NCBI GenBank assembly: GCA_965655095.1
Contig: OZ296654.1
Coordinates: forward strand, 70,246,001-70,310,000
DNA length: 64,000 bases
Direction of reading: 5' to 3'
Source of the DNA: Haplodiscus bocki
Lineage: Eukaryota
Shown: one piece after another, positions 11,357 through 23,388 of the stretch
Layout of the letters: every line of letters begins with the position of its first letter
Numbering within the stretch: position 1 is the first letter of the stretch
Made by a program: the position numbers and the translations under genes
Notes under the pieces: generated by a model
What the model saw: only the letters and a program-made list of their open reading frames with translations
Told to the model about the DNA's origin: nothing
Databases searched by the model: none

Positions 11357-14300
11357 CTAAAACATGGAACGACACCAGTTAAAAGTTTGTATAAATCGAG
11401 ATTAGATTACCGTCCATTCATTTGAAAAACCTGAAGATTTCTAACACATTTTTATCCGTTCTGACAAAATATCGCACCCAACCTCAATCTTTGAACCCTT
11501 CGTACCACAGTATTGCACCACTAGCAAAAGCTTGACGCTAAGAGGAAGTGATGCAATTTTATCAGCGAAGAGAAGTTGCGGCTCAAAATTGAGAGAGCTG
11601 CCGCTAAGCGGATACTTGGATGGTTCGACACACATCATGATATCATTCAATACAAAAAGTGAAACATCTGGAATAACTTAAAACCTCTGAAATAGCTAAG
11701 AAAATCGGTGCAAATTTTTAATGAAAACTTGTTTTTTTCTGAAAAGGAACAATATATGGTCCAAAAGCAAAGTAAGAACTTCTCCACTTCAACATTATCT
11801 CCCTAAGCTCCGCAAAAAATGGAAAAAACTCATTTCGAGATTTTCGTGAAGTTAGCGATTAGTTGGTTTCAAAAAGCAGCTTTAGCAAGCAATCCTCACA
11901 AAAGCGATATTTGTGATTAGTCATTTTCTATTAGCGATGCAATACACCCTTTCGTATCTAAACATGAAACTGAGAAAAGATATATGGTTGGTGAAAGAAT
12001 TTCAAGAAAAATCGACACCAAATTTGCAAATTCTTGAATTGGAGTCATCAGAGTTGCTGACTAAGATGGTTGAAAACGATGATATACTCATAATAGCCGA
12101 AAAATTCAATTGGTTAATTAATTTCTGAAATTGCAAAATACTTGAGGCCAGTGAATTGCTCACTCACTAAATATGCGCTTTCCGACGCTTGCACTATTTC
12201 CCAATTCGTTTTCCGCTTATGACACTCGTTGATACTCCATTTCCGCTAATGGAGTTTTACACTGAAAACAGTAAAGCTGTGTTGAAAGTAAACGCATCAT
12301 AGCACAAATCCCAAATTCGAATATCACAAAAACCATTAGTATTTTTCAAAAATTGCCCGTTCTAAAAGTTTCGTAGAGTTTTATCTAGTTTACAATCGTT
12401 TTTGTTTGAAACGTCTACGGTCAAAATTGCAAAAGTTACCAATAACCATTTTTGGACAAACTTGGCTCAAACTGGCGGTTTTTTCATATTAGATCAGCGG
12501 GAAAAAAATTTTTCCGGCGAATTTTATAATCAAAAAACTTCCTTCACCATCCTGAAGCCACTGATATATTTTGAATCAAAAACGAATTTGAATTAGTAAA
12601 AATATCGGGCTCCGAAAATAGAGATTTTCGAATTTACATGTATTAACATAGGATTTTAAAATTTGCAAATTTTAAAACTTCCATTTTATAGAAACACTTT
12701 ACATAACTTTGACATTGAGAGACTTCAAGAGATTCAGGTGATTTTTTTGGGAAGAAAAATTTGGCGAAAAGAAATTTATAACACACTCAAAATTAGGTAG
12801 AACTGCAAAATCAAGAAAAATTGTCTCAAGTGGACCAATAGTATTTCTGCATTTATCTTACTTAGCCATCGAGATTTCTCAAATTAGGTCTATTTGAGTT
12901 CCTTAATGCGTTTGTTTTCAACACTACTGTAGATAGCCACCAATCAACATAATGGGCGTTATCTAGTTGAGCGATTCTGTGACAATAAATGGAACTTCGG
13001 GGTGTATTTCTAGGAAGGAAGCCTAAAAGGGAGAAGTTTTGTTAACTTCCAAAAATTAGCCGCTAAAAGGGATCATCAGGAAGAATTGAGGATTATTTTA
13101 ACAAAACTAGCTATCAAAAAATTTTGAGCAAAACTCACTAAATAGTGAATGGAATTCATCCATTGACGCGATTGATTGGAACCAGAAAAAAATTTTCACG
13201 AGTTGCCAAAGATAAAAATCTGAACTCGCCATTTTTGTCAACGCAATTTGAGAGCTTGCTTTTACGTCCAACCTCCACGCGTTGCATTTATTTCACTCAT
13301 ATTTGTTAATGTCACGCACTGACACGCGCTTCCTGAGTGTACAAAAATTCAGGAAAATTTCATAGCATCGGTCAAAATTGATGATTGGTCAAAAGCTAGA
13401 CAATCAGGTTGTAAAATACAATCAATCTTATAAACGTAGATACTGCCGGAAAAGTCGCACAAAATCAGTTTGCCAGTATAAAAAGCATAGCGTGCTGTGA
13501 TGAAGAAATGGCACAAAAGGCTTTGAAAAGGAAATGGGACTTCACTTTTTGTCGTCTGATAATCAATTGACACAACTTTTTATTCTTTGGCTTTCAAGAT
13601 TTATGCTAAAAAATTGATATCAAATCTTAGAGTGCTGATATTCGGTGGTTTGTAAAACCTTCTTGAACTTATTTTCGACGATTTTAATTTTACCTCAGAT
13701 CTCATATTTGCTCATCCAAGAAATTACATTTTCAATTTCTTTCAATCTGAACCCACATCTTATCAACTCGCGGCGATAATTGATTTTTCGAAACTGCCAA
13801 ACTTTCAAGAAAATCGACAAATCTTGAGCATAAAACAATATGCAATCTTAATACATGCAAAAGCAAATTTGTCTGTCCAAATAGTCATTTTCTTCTTTTA
13901 ATGCAGAATGACATATTTTAATACCGTAAAAGGCACTTTCTGGCAGAAATTGAGGGATGTTGGTCTCAAAAAATAAATTCTTTGCCAAATGGGTTGAAAT
14001 ACGTCAAAAAATTTATTGATGGCTCCAGGAGCAGAAACTTCAAGGGCCTATATTCTATAATACAGATACAATTTTTTCAAACAAAATCCATAGTAATCTA
14101 CTAAAAAAATATAAGAAACTTTGGCTCCTGGAACTTCCTTGTAAGTTTGCTAGATTTTTAAACATTCAGCTGTCCCATTCCTTTTTCACAACTTTATGTT
14201 TCATTTCTTCATCACCGCACTGAATTTAAAGTAGGCAAGATTGAGGGCATAAAAGAGCCATAGTGTTCGAATTCTGACATTTTGTTTAATTTTCAGGTAG

Positions 14301-14722
14301 AGAAACGAACTATTCAGTTACAAATCTGAGAAATAGAAAATATTCTGAATTCTGCGGGACTGGAACGAATGTTCATCATAATGGGGTTTACATAAGATGA
14401 TATGAGAAACAGACTTGAGAGGAAGTTTGAGAAACTGACTTTCATTACACGTGTGCTTAAATGAATGAATGTGTTTAAAACCTGTTTTTTATTCTTCCAA
14501 ACATTTAAAGCAGTTTTTTTCACTGATTCCTGTAGTGAATGAATGTAACCCTGGTGTAAAATTTGTTTCTTTATATTGCACTATTTATACAATATACGCA
14601 GAAAAATTATATAATTTCGCGAGGAATACGCGCTGCTAGCTTACATACCTTACAAAATCGGTCAAGATGAGTCCCTATATCGGATACCTTCGTATTCGAT
14701 ATTAAAAAGAAGTGAAACCAAC

Positions 14723-15023
14723 CCGAGCATATTCAATTTTGAGAGTGCAGCATCCGGAATAGATATCAGCTCCGTCCAAACTTTTCTTAATCTGGATGGC
14801 AGTTTCTACGTCAGCAAATTCGACCATGGCCTGCACTCCACGTCTGCGGAATATGTAAATCTTGATGGGCTGAGCATTGAACTTGCTGCACACATCCATG
14901 ATCACTTTCACGTCTATCGGGTAGTCCGGTCTGAGGATCGTGAATAGTAAAACTTTGTTCACCCGCTCTTTAACTCCATTTTCCATCCTAGAACCACCCC
15001 CGTTTGCGTAATGCTCGTCGGGT
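14723..15023 (-). CDS. HNRNPL: hnRNP L-like exon 4, RRM2
   Basis: ttttgcag acceptor and gttggt donor; 301 nt, phase 2 to 0. VNKVLLFTIL...GVQAMVEF...LDGADIYSGCCTLKIEYAR is near-identical to hnRNP L RRM2. Confidence 0.96.
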
Positions 15024-16065
15024 CTGCAAAACCAAGCAACACAAGAATGACGAGCTGTTTGGTAATGAAAATGAAAGAAGATCCCATTTGAAGCATAATT
15101 GGCAAGAAAATATAGGCGAAAGGGGGTCACAATACGAGCTACAAAACTGACCCTTTTCAAAACATGACCCCTTCAGACTTGTTTATAATCACTCCACATT
15201 GACTATTACGTCTGATTAATTAGTGACCGTTTTTTAGAGGTCATCGCTAAAACAGGTTTTACTGTATTTTATAGGCTTTGGCGGAAAAGGAAAAAATGCA
15301 TTACTATCGTACTCCATTGATTGCAAGCCGCGGCTTGTATTAAAAACTTCAATAATTTGGTGAGTCTACTAATCGAAGGTGGCTTTTATCTCACTTTGGT
15401 ATTCTCAAATTATTTTCTCCTTTTAGCCATTTCAATTTATCTGATCTGAGATGACCGCTGAACATACTCCGAGAAAAGAAGCATTGAAATTAATGATGTT
15501 CACCAGTTACAGGAGTTTATTATTTGTACGGCAGCATCAACCATTTTTGAGTCTCAATTAAATCGGAAGATTGAGTTGGCGCAGTTTGAAATTCTTTGCG
15601 GCTTTGATTAGAGCGCGACTTGTAATCGAAGAAACACGGCAATGGAAAGAAGATTCTCGTTATTTTGCAGCCAGTTATCAACTAACAAGCAAGCACTGCA
15701 AGCCAAAGTTGGACGGTAGACACCATAGGATTTTTGCAGTTTAGAATCAAATTGGGTGTTTAATGCCAGCTAAAAGATTTAAAAGTTTTTGGCAATCCAG
15801 TTTACATAGTTTTAGGTATCAAGCAATTAACAACGGGCATCGACTTTTCTGTACGTTAATTTCAAGGAGACCCTAATTTCAAGGGTTCTGATGGTAGGGA
15901 GTGCAACCGTCTTTCCTAAAGGGAGTAACTCATTTTGTAACCTGGAGACATGCGGAACACGCCTAAAATTTCTACTATCACAGTACGCGATAGCAAATTT
16001 GCCACACAATTACAGTACAGAACTCCTGGATCCTTAATGATCTTATGGAAAAGTAGCCGACTAAC

Positions 16066-16560
16066 CGAGTAGACATTGATCCGTGAATTGATCTATAATT
16101 GGAGGCTGTGTACGACGATACAGCAGAGAGGCTGTTAGCTTTTGAAGAGTGATGGCGGTTGTAATCTGACGGAGCACCTGAATCCAGATACGCCGCTGCA
16201 GTGCTGCTCCCTACACTTCCCCCTCTAATATGTTGACTGTTGTGGAGGCTGTGGTGATCGCTATAGAATCCTGCACTGCTGTTCAGATCAGATACAACAA
16301 CTGACTGTGGCGGTGGAGCCAACGAGTTGATACTACTGCCTGAGGGGGGATGGTTGCCGGTTACGGAGGCGAGGGGTGAGGAGCTTGAGTTTGAAGAATT
16401 TGAGGATATAGTTTGAATGGGAGAGAACGTTATCTGTGGGACACAGTTGCTAATGTTTATACATTGCCGCTGATGTTGCAGTTGTAACACATGCTCCGCG
16501 TCTTCCACACACTCAAATTCTACCAAGGCCTGACCTTTGTTAGACAGCAAGAAACAATCT
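16066..16560 (-). CDS. HNRNPL: hnRNP L-like exon 3, rest of RRM1 plus long Ser/His-rich linker
   Basis: ttcttttttatccag acceptor and gttagt donor; 495 nt, phase 2 to 2. DCFLLSNKGQALVEFE matches YVVVMPKKRQALVEFE of hnRNP L. Confidence 0.93.
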
Positions 16561-18679
16561 CTGGATAAAAAAGAAAATAAAACAACTTACAGCACTCAAA
16601 CAACATTCAATATAGCGGATAAAGCTATACAATCCAATATCATGAACCAAACAAAATCAACTTATTTACAGTTAACCAAACCGAACTCGGCTGAGACCTC
16701 GTTTCAGATAGTCCTAACAATACTTATATCACTCCCGAATCATCATAACTACTTGTACTCTTTATACTGTCATCTCAAAAATTGGTTTCAAACTCTACAT
16801 TCATGTAGTATTCAAAGACAATACTAATCCCACGTATAAAGCATCAGTAAAATTTTCCCAATCAAAACCTTTCACGCGAATCCCACTTTGTTTCAAGTAT
16901 TACCATCATAACCATGAATTATTATAACTATAATACTGAAGAATGAAAATGGTGTCGAAACAATCAACAACTTTATACACTTGCTTCTCGACAAATCCAA
17001 CACCAGCCGGCCATTGAAATCAAAAATTCAAATGATAAATTGTGTGTAAGGCATCAATACACAATAAACAATCTGTGACAATTTCGAGTGCCATACTCAT
17101 CGCCGTCGACAGTTCAATTACGTTGACATACTTGTACACCGCAAAAAAACTGCATTTTTTGAGAGCGCTTGTGGAACATTGTTGAAAAATTGCACCATCC
17201 GTTTGTTTTTGAGGAATCCCTGTCCCGTTACTGCATTGCTTTTTTTAGGAAAAAGAAGACGCAAATTGTTTACTAACTTTCCCAGCATTCACAGCTTTTA
17301 TTGATGATCGAATACCTCAGTATCAAAACAATAAATCTTTGTAAGAATTGAAATTCAACTCAACTGCCAGACAGGTGAAACGCTGAACTGGACAACCAAT
17401 GATTTTCATTTAAATTTTTTTTCCAAATTTGTGGTCAAAGCTACAAAGTATTTCCTTTCAACCGCAATATCTTGTCTAAGAAAAGCTACCAGATATCTGA
17501 ACCGGTTAAAAGATTATTTTGGTTGCGATTTTTCGGCCAGATTGAACTCGAGAAGAAAATAGGGAATGAACAACAGTTTCAAGGGAGTAGACCAGAAACG
17601 GCTCAAGGACAAAAATTTCCGAAAATATCCGAGCCTAAAACACCCCGGGCCAAAATGCGCTCAGCAGGATCACATTCACAGTCGATTGGAAAGCTTAAAA
17701 CACAACATGCTCTAATGGAAGACTACAATCAGGAGCTTTAATGGCTAAAGCAATGGTTTCGTGGTTTTTGATCAGTTTTAAACTAGAAGTAAAGATACCT
17801 GTCCGCACGAAAAGAAAATTTAGAACTCAAAATGGATTGCTCGTGACAAAACCGCTATTTTGTGAACGATTGTTGAAAAGAAAGCTTTCTGATGAAACAA
17901 CCACATTGAAAAAGTTTCTTGACTAACTTTTAACTGTTGCATTGTATGTCATACGCTCCAATCTTAAATTAACATTTCAAAAAATAAAATCCCTGGTTGG
18001 GTTCGAGCATCAAAGCAATAGATGGAAAATTTTGAACTACGTAAAGAGAAATGGATATTGAAAAAATCATTCACGATCCTGTTTCAAAAGCCACCGAGTC
18101 TCAAATTCCAACTTTCCAAAAGATAAAGATGTGAGAGGCCTTCAAAGAATAACCATTCCGGAAAACTTGATGGAAATGATCATTTTCAAAGTTTTACCGA
18201 CCAAAAACAAAGCGACGAAAATTTTGATGGTGACCAAAATTCATGCATAGTTAACACGCGTCCTGCTGCCACGCTCAAATGAAAATTTTGCTATTTCAGC
18301 ACCATTTCGCTAAGATAAGCAATTATGCACCGGCAAATGTCGTGGAAATGAGCATTTTTGAAGAATTTCCTGATCTATAATTTTTCAAGTAGGTAACATT
18401 TTTGGATTGCAGTCAAAAGTTAGTAAAACGACAAATTAAACTTTCGTTGCGAGCGGGGAAAATAGACACCAATGATGCCTAAGCGAAAAATTGCACTTCG
18501 AAAAAGACAGTCTACACAAAAAGGCCCTTTCGGGGCTGAACTATCGAAACATTAAAGTAACTTTAACCACTAAATCTCATGCTTTCCACCCTTTGCTCTC
18601 AACATCAATTGAAAGTTTTTTAAATGAAAAAAGAACGCCGAGCTCTGTTCCACGAACTCTTTTCCCGATATAATTAGCT

Positions 18680-19270
18680 GTTGATTAGGAGCTCAAGGAG
18701 CAAATTTTAACAGGGAGATGAGAAAAACATTTTTAGATTTCAATCAAAGTCACCCATCAGTTTTCCTTCGTACTTTTGGCCAATTTTTCTAAATGAAAAT
18801 GGAAGGCCCAAATGTGTTCCAGGAGATTCATTCTAGATCATTTCAGCTTCTGATTAAGTGCTGAATCAGTAACTTTGAATTGATAGTGAGAAAAACAATT
18901 TGGAACTTCCATCAAAGTCACAATCATCGAGTTTTTTTGGCAATTTCGCAAAAAAATGGAAGAAGGAAAGTGAAACGAGATGTTTTCTGGACAAATTTAG
19001 CCATTGCTCAAACCCTCCTCAAGGAGCAAATTTGATAAGTTGGTCACCGAAAAAATCAATTTTGAGCATCAATCAGTCAGCAATCTGTTGAAATTGCTTC
19101 GTGCTTTCGACATTTGTTTTCAAAAATGAGAATGGAAGACCGAAACCTGTTCAAGATCTTTTCTAGATATATCTATTTTTCGGTTAAGCGCTCATTGAAA
19201 AATCGGATAGGTGGTTATTGACAAAAACAATTTTCAAAATCAATTAAAAACGACAAATCTTGTCATTTCA
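18680..19270. repeat. Degenerate ~165-bp tandem repeat, about 4 units
   Basis: aaaaac(a)atttt...tcaatc core at ~18723, 18890, 19050 and 19222; ctcaaggagcaaattt at ~18692 and ~19018. Confidence 0.6.
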
Positions 19271-20809
19271 GTCTTTAGAACGCGAAGACGTGATAACCCT
19301 CCAGCGACTGAACGCGAAATCGCAAGTTCCAGTTATGTTTAAAAACAAAGAGCCATTTCGCCTTACAAGTGAGACCAGAACTAACGGCGGCTACATCAGT
19401 GGATTTCACACCATATCCACTCAAGACAGGTCTGAAAAAAACGGGCATGACGTTTTGATCTCCACTTTCTGCTTCAATAGCACGGCTTTTTCACAAAACG
19501 TTTTGGACCGCAACATAGCTGTTTTTAATTATGTTTATGCAAAAATTAGGTGCTTTGGAAGCCTATGCCTAAGATAAAGCACGTTTTAAAAGACAGCATC
19601 TTAAAATGGCCGAAAATAGCTTTATTTCCATTTTTTTCGGAACAAAAGTCGAACAACTTTCTGTCCCACACCAGAAACATCGATACGGCTTATTGAAAGC
19701 CAAGAGAGCTTTAATATTTGTCGGAACAGTATGACTTGGCAGTGAGAAATTCCTTTAAAATTTCTAAAATTTGTTAAAAATCAATAAACTCGTTAACTTC
19801 TTTCGGTAAAAAACTGTCCAAAGTCATACAAAAAAAAACAAGATATGGCAAAATGGAGGTCAAAAGTACTGAATTTGCGACAACAGGTCAGAAACTGTCT
19901 CTTGGCAGTTGGCAGTCAATAAGAAACTTTTCTTTATTTTCATTAAAGCATGAATTTTTTCATTTTCCCCAGAAAGAAACGGTGGCTATGTTGTAGTTGT
20001 TAGAACCTACTGAGCTAACGAACAAACTAGAATTTCCCAATAATAGCACCGAACTTTGAATGAATCTCAGAAAATCTCAAAACCTACCGAAAAAAGTCAT
20101 GTCATAAAAAGTCAGAGTAATAGTCGAGCACTTTTCTCAAAGTGCCATTAAAATCACGATTCTGCTACACCCAGATGTAACGAATCGACCAAAAACATTG
20201 GATCACGAAAAAAAGGTTTTAAATGATTGCTAAAATTCAGCAATAAAATATCCTGGTATATGCACAATTTTATTTAACATACGCGGAGCGGAACTTCGCA
20301 ACACATTCTGACTTGTCAGTTGAGATCAGGGATCCCAAAAGACATTTGAAACCATGATCGGAGACGTGAATGCCTTTTCAATGCTGTTTTACAGAATTAT
20401 AACATTTAAACATCTTAATAGTTTGTATATAAAGGCGCTTATATTATGTGAACATTTATGAGATGATAGCAAAAACATAGCCGCCAAAGGCGGATAGGAC
20501 TTGGGAAATTTTGCTTTTTTTCATTTGCGAGCTCTCACCGCTACTATGATGGTCCGTATGGTCCCTCATGTACTCACACGCAGCTTTGCTGTGTTTTGGG
20601 GAAATATTGAAATTTTTCAAATGTTACCCAAAATTTCTTATTTCGGACATGGTCGCAAAATGTCGTACCAAAAAGCGTTACAAAGACAAAAACCGACAAG
20701 TACTTTAAGAACTTGGTAAAATTAAATTTTTCAAAATCCTAATAAAATGAAATTCTTCAATGTAATAATTGAATTAAAATTTTGCGGAGTCCTAAAAATA
20801 GGAACTTAC

Positions 20810-20961
20810 ACAACTGGAGCTTGTCTTCTCATGACAGAGATGACCTCTATTTCGGCACAGTTGGGAGGAAGACCACGCAGCTGAAGTACCTTGGATGGTT
20901 TCACTTCCGCCGCGGTACTCACATTCCCACCACGCACCCCACTGCTGCTCACGGGAAGAAA
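20810..20961 (-). CDS. HNRNPL: hnRNP L-like exon 2, start of RRM1 (FLPVSSSG...KPSKVLQLRGLPPNCAEIEVISVMRRQAPVV)
   Basis: ttgtttcag acceptor and gtaagt donor; 152 nt, phase 0 to 2. PSKVLQLRGL matches the hnRNP L/PTB RRM1 start (SPVVHIRGL). Not seen in this frame in the ORF track. Confidence 0.9.
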
Positions 20962-21121
20962 CTGAAACAACACCCAAACTAATTTTTCAAAATTTGATCA
21001 CCAATAAACAAGGCGGCCGGCTAGCACCAGCATATTTTTCGCCATGTGTACTTCATATATGGCGAAAAAAAAATCCAAATATGTATTTGAAAAATTTTCG
21101 ATTGAATTGGTAATGGTTATT

Positions 21122-21158
21122 TGGTTTAGTGGTTAAGACACCAGAGGTGGTTCGAACC
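21122..21158 (+). promoter_or_regulatory. tRNA-like A and B boxes with short spacing
   Basis: TGGTTTAGTGG and GGTTCGAACC only 16 nt apart. Confidence 0.4.
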
Positions 21159-21898
21159 TGTCTTCTAGTAAATTTTACTTCTAGTATTTTACTAGTAAAT
21201 CGGCAAAGCTTATTTGAAAAAAACTCCCAAACTCACAGGATGATTTTTCTTCCATATTATAAAATATGGGGCGCGAAAAATAATAAGCGAAAAGCATTAT
21301 ATTTAAAGATGAAGAAATGTTAACTAATCATTGCTGAACATAGCTATATACTTCTAGACCGAGATTGACCTGACATTTATACTTAATGTAATTATGCAGA
21401 TTCAATTCGAGATGATTAAACAGTGAAAGAAAAATGTTTCAAATAATTCACGCGACTACTTTTTTGAAATCATGAACGGAGTATGAACATGAAAATTACC
21501 GTTCCATCTGCGGTGAGCAATTCTTCACAAGTAATGTCATCCATTTAAAATGCAAAACTATTTCAGAGTCATCATTCATTCAAACTCACTCATCAAAAAG
21601 TCCTTTCAAAAGAGCGCCGAAATTGATTGACTCATCGTCAAAAATTACCAGTGAAAGAAAAGTTGCATCTAAATATGACTTGACTTGGCAACGTTTTTCA
21701 AAAGTATTCTATATGCATGAGCTGGTTTGCCGGAGAATACAGATCTTCACACGGGATCAGGAAGATTTCTAGAGACTTAAATAACTTGCACCCCCAAAAT
21801 TTACGTATTTTTTTGTACCTTTTGAAGGGTGATGCTGCCTATTGTAACCACTATTTGCTTGAGCCCCAGGTCTTTTTGAGACCCTGGCTAAGTTAAAT

Positions 21899-22320
21899 AC
21901 AGAGGCAAAGCGGAACTTCGCAACATTGTGACTTGTCAGTTAGAGATCAACGATCCCGAAAGACGTTTGTAACCATTATCGGAGATGTGTTTGACACTTT
22001 TAAGAAATACTACACCAGCTGTCAATCACACATTTGTTCGAAAAAGTCAAAAGTTTGCCATTTAGACAATTACTTGCCACAGTGTCTCACACTCGAACAT
22101 TTGTTCTCTCAATCATGTCTTTGAGGCTATGCCACTTCACAGCCCAATGTTTGTTTGAGGAACTTGCAAATTTACAACGCGAAAATGGAAACTACCTGGC
22201 ACATTATCTCATACTCAAAAAATTGATGTATCAAACATGACCTTTGAAGACACTGTTGTACATTTTTTTCAGACCAGTGTTTAAAAAAATTGGCACTTTT
22301 TAAAACGCGAAACAGAGAAG
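21899..22320 (+). repeat. Dispersed non-coding repeat (longest copy); other copies at ~8896, 20281, 36309, 38418 and 38910
   Basis: Shared start agaggcg(g/a)agcggaacttcgcaaca...gacatttgaaaccatgatcggaga...ttgacactt. Confidence 0.8.
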
Positions 22321-23388
22321 TACCTACCTAAAAAAGTGTCGTTCTTGACCGATTACATTACAACACCAGAAGTATGATGACGTCAAAAATACAAGTTTTG
22401 AACAGGATAAAAAACTAGGCATAAGCCGGTTTCAATACAGATTCTTCCTCTGAGTCAGAATCTGTAAAAAAAAATGTGAAAAGTTTCAGAGTTACTTATA
22501 AAATCCGGCCAAGAACCAAATGTTTCTATAAAGAAAGGCAACACTCTATTTCTATTAGAAAAAAAATTGACGTTCACTTTTCAGCCCTGACAATTTTGCA
22601 TAGGTTAGCGGGGATGGAGGTTATTAAATTAAATCTTGCAACTCTGCATTTGGGATCCCTGCTTGTAGGAACAAATGGGAGGGAGACCTCCCAAAGGAAA
22701 TAACTGTTCATACGAAGGTATTCCAGGATGTCGGACTAAATTTCGGAGTTCTTCTTAATGCAGGATGGCGTAAAAGATTACCTACTTTTGTTCATTTGAT
22801 TTTCCAGCACTGCAGTTCATTGAGTTATTGTGTCAGATTTGATGACACACGCAGGCATAGCCGCTCAGCCACTTCACAGGATCCCAACAGGCTCAAATTG
22901 AACTTCCAAGGAAAATTTACGCTGGCCTTTTGAGAGAAGGGAAATTTATGCCCCCTCGCATGCTGCACTTTGGTGAGTTTTGGAAGACTCGTATTACCAG
23001 CACTACAGAGTTAGGACGAGTAATGATTAACAAATGTTCCAGCTTTTGTGAACCTTCGGTCCTTTTTTGCCACGTTGAAAAAGTCGTGAATTCAAGACCA
23101 AGAGGCACGGTGTCAGACGGCCCAATAGATCAAACGATTGTCGAATCTAGTCACCCGATAATTGGTTTGGGCCTGGACTGTTCCCCAGTAAGAAAGAAAG
23201 AAAGAATTAATTTCTTTGATGGAGATGGTATACAAGTAAAAATGTTAGGAAAATAAATATAATATAAAATAAAGCCAACTCATCTCACATCAAAGGGGAC
23301 CCTCCCAAGGTGTAGCACCTTTCACTTGAGGGCCCTGGTGAAAGTACTATATCCTAAGGACCTATCAGAATCTTGACTGTTCGGCTGG

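Noticed and set aside
11483-11667. 185-nt exon-like segment (ttccag...GAG|gttggg) overlapping ORF 11441-11650
   Set aside because: Weak splice signals, immediate stop in the incoming frame and no similarity to hnRNP L; indistinguishable from a chance pseudoexon.
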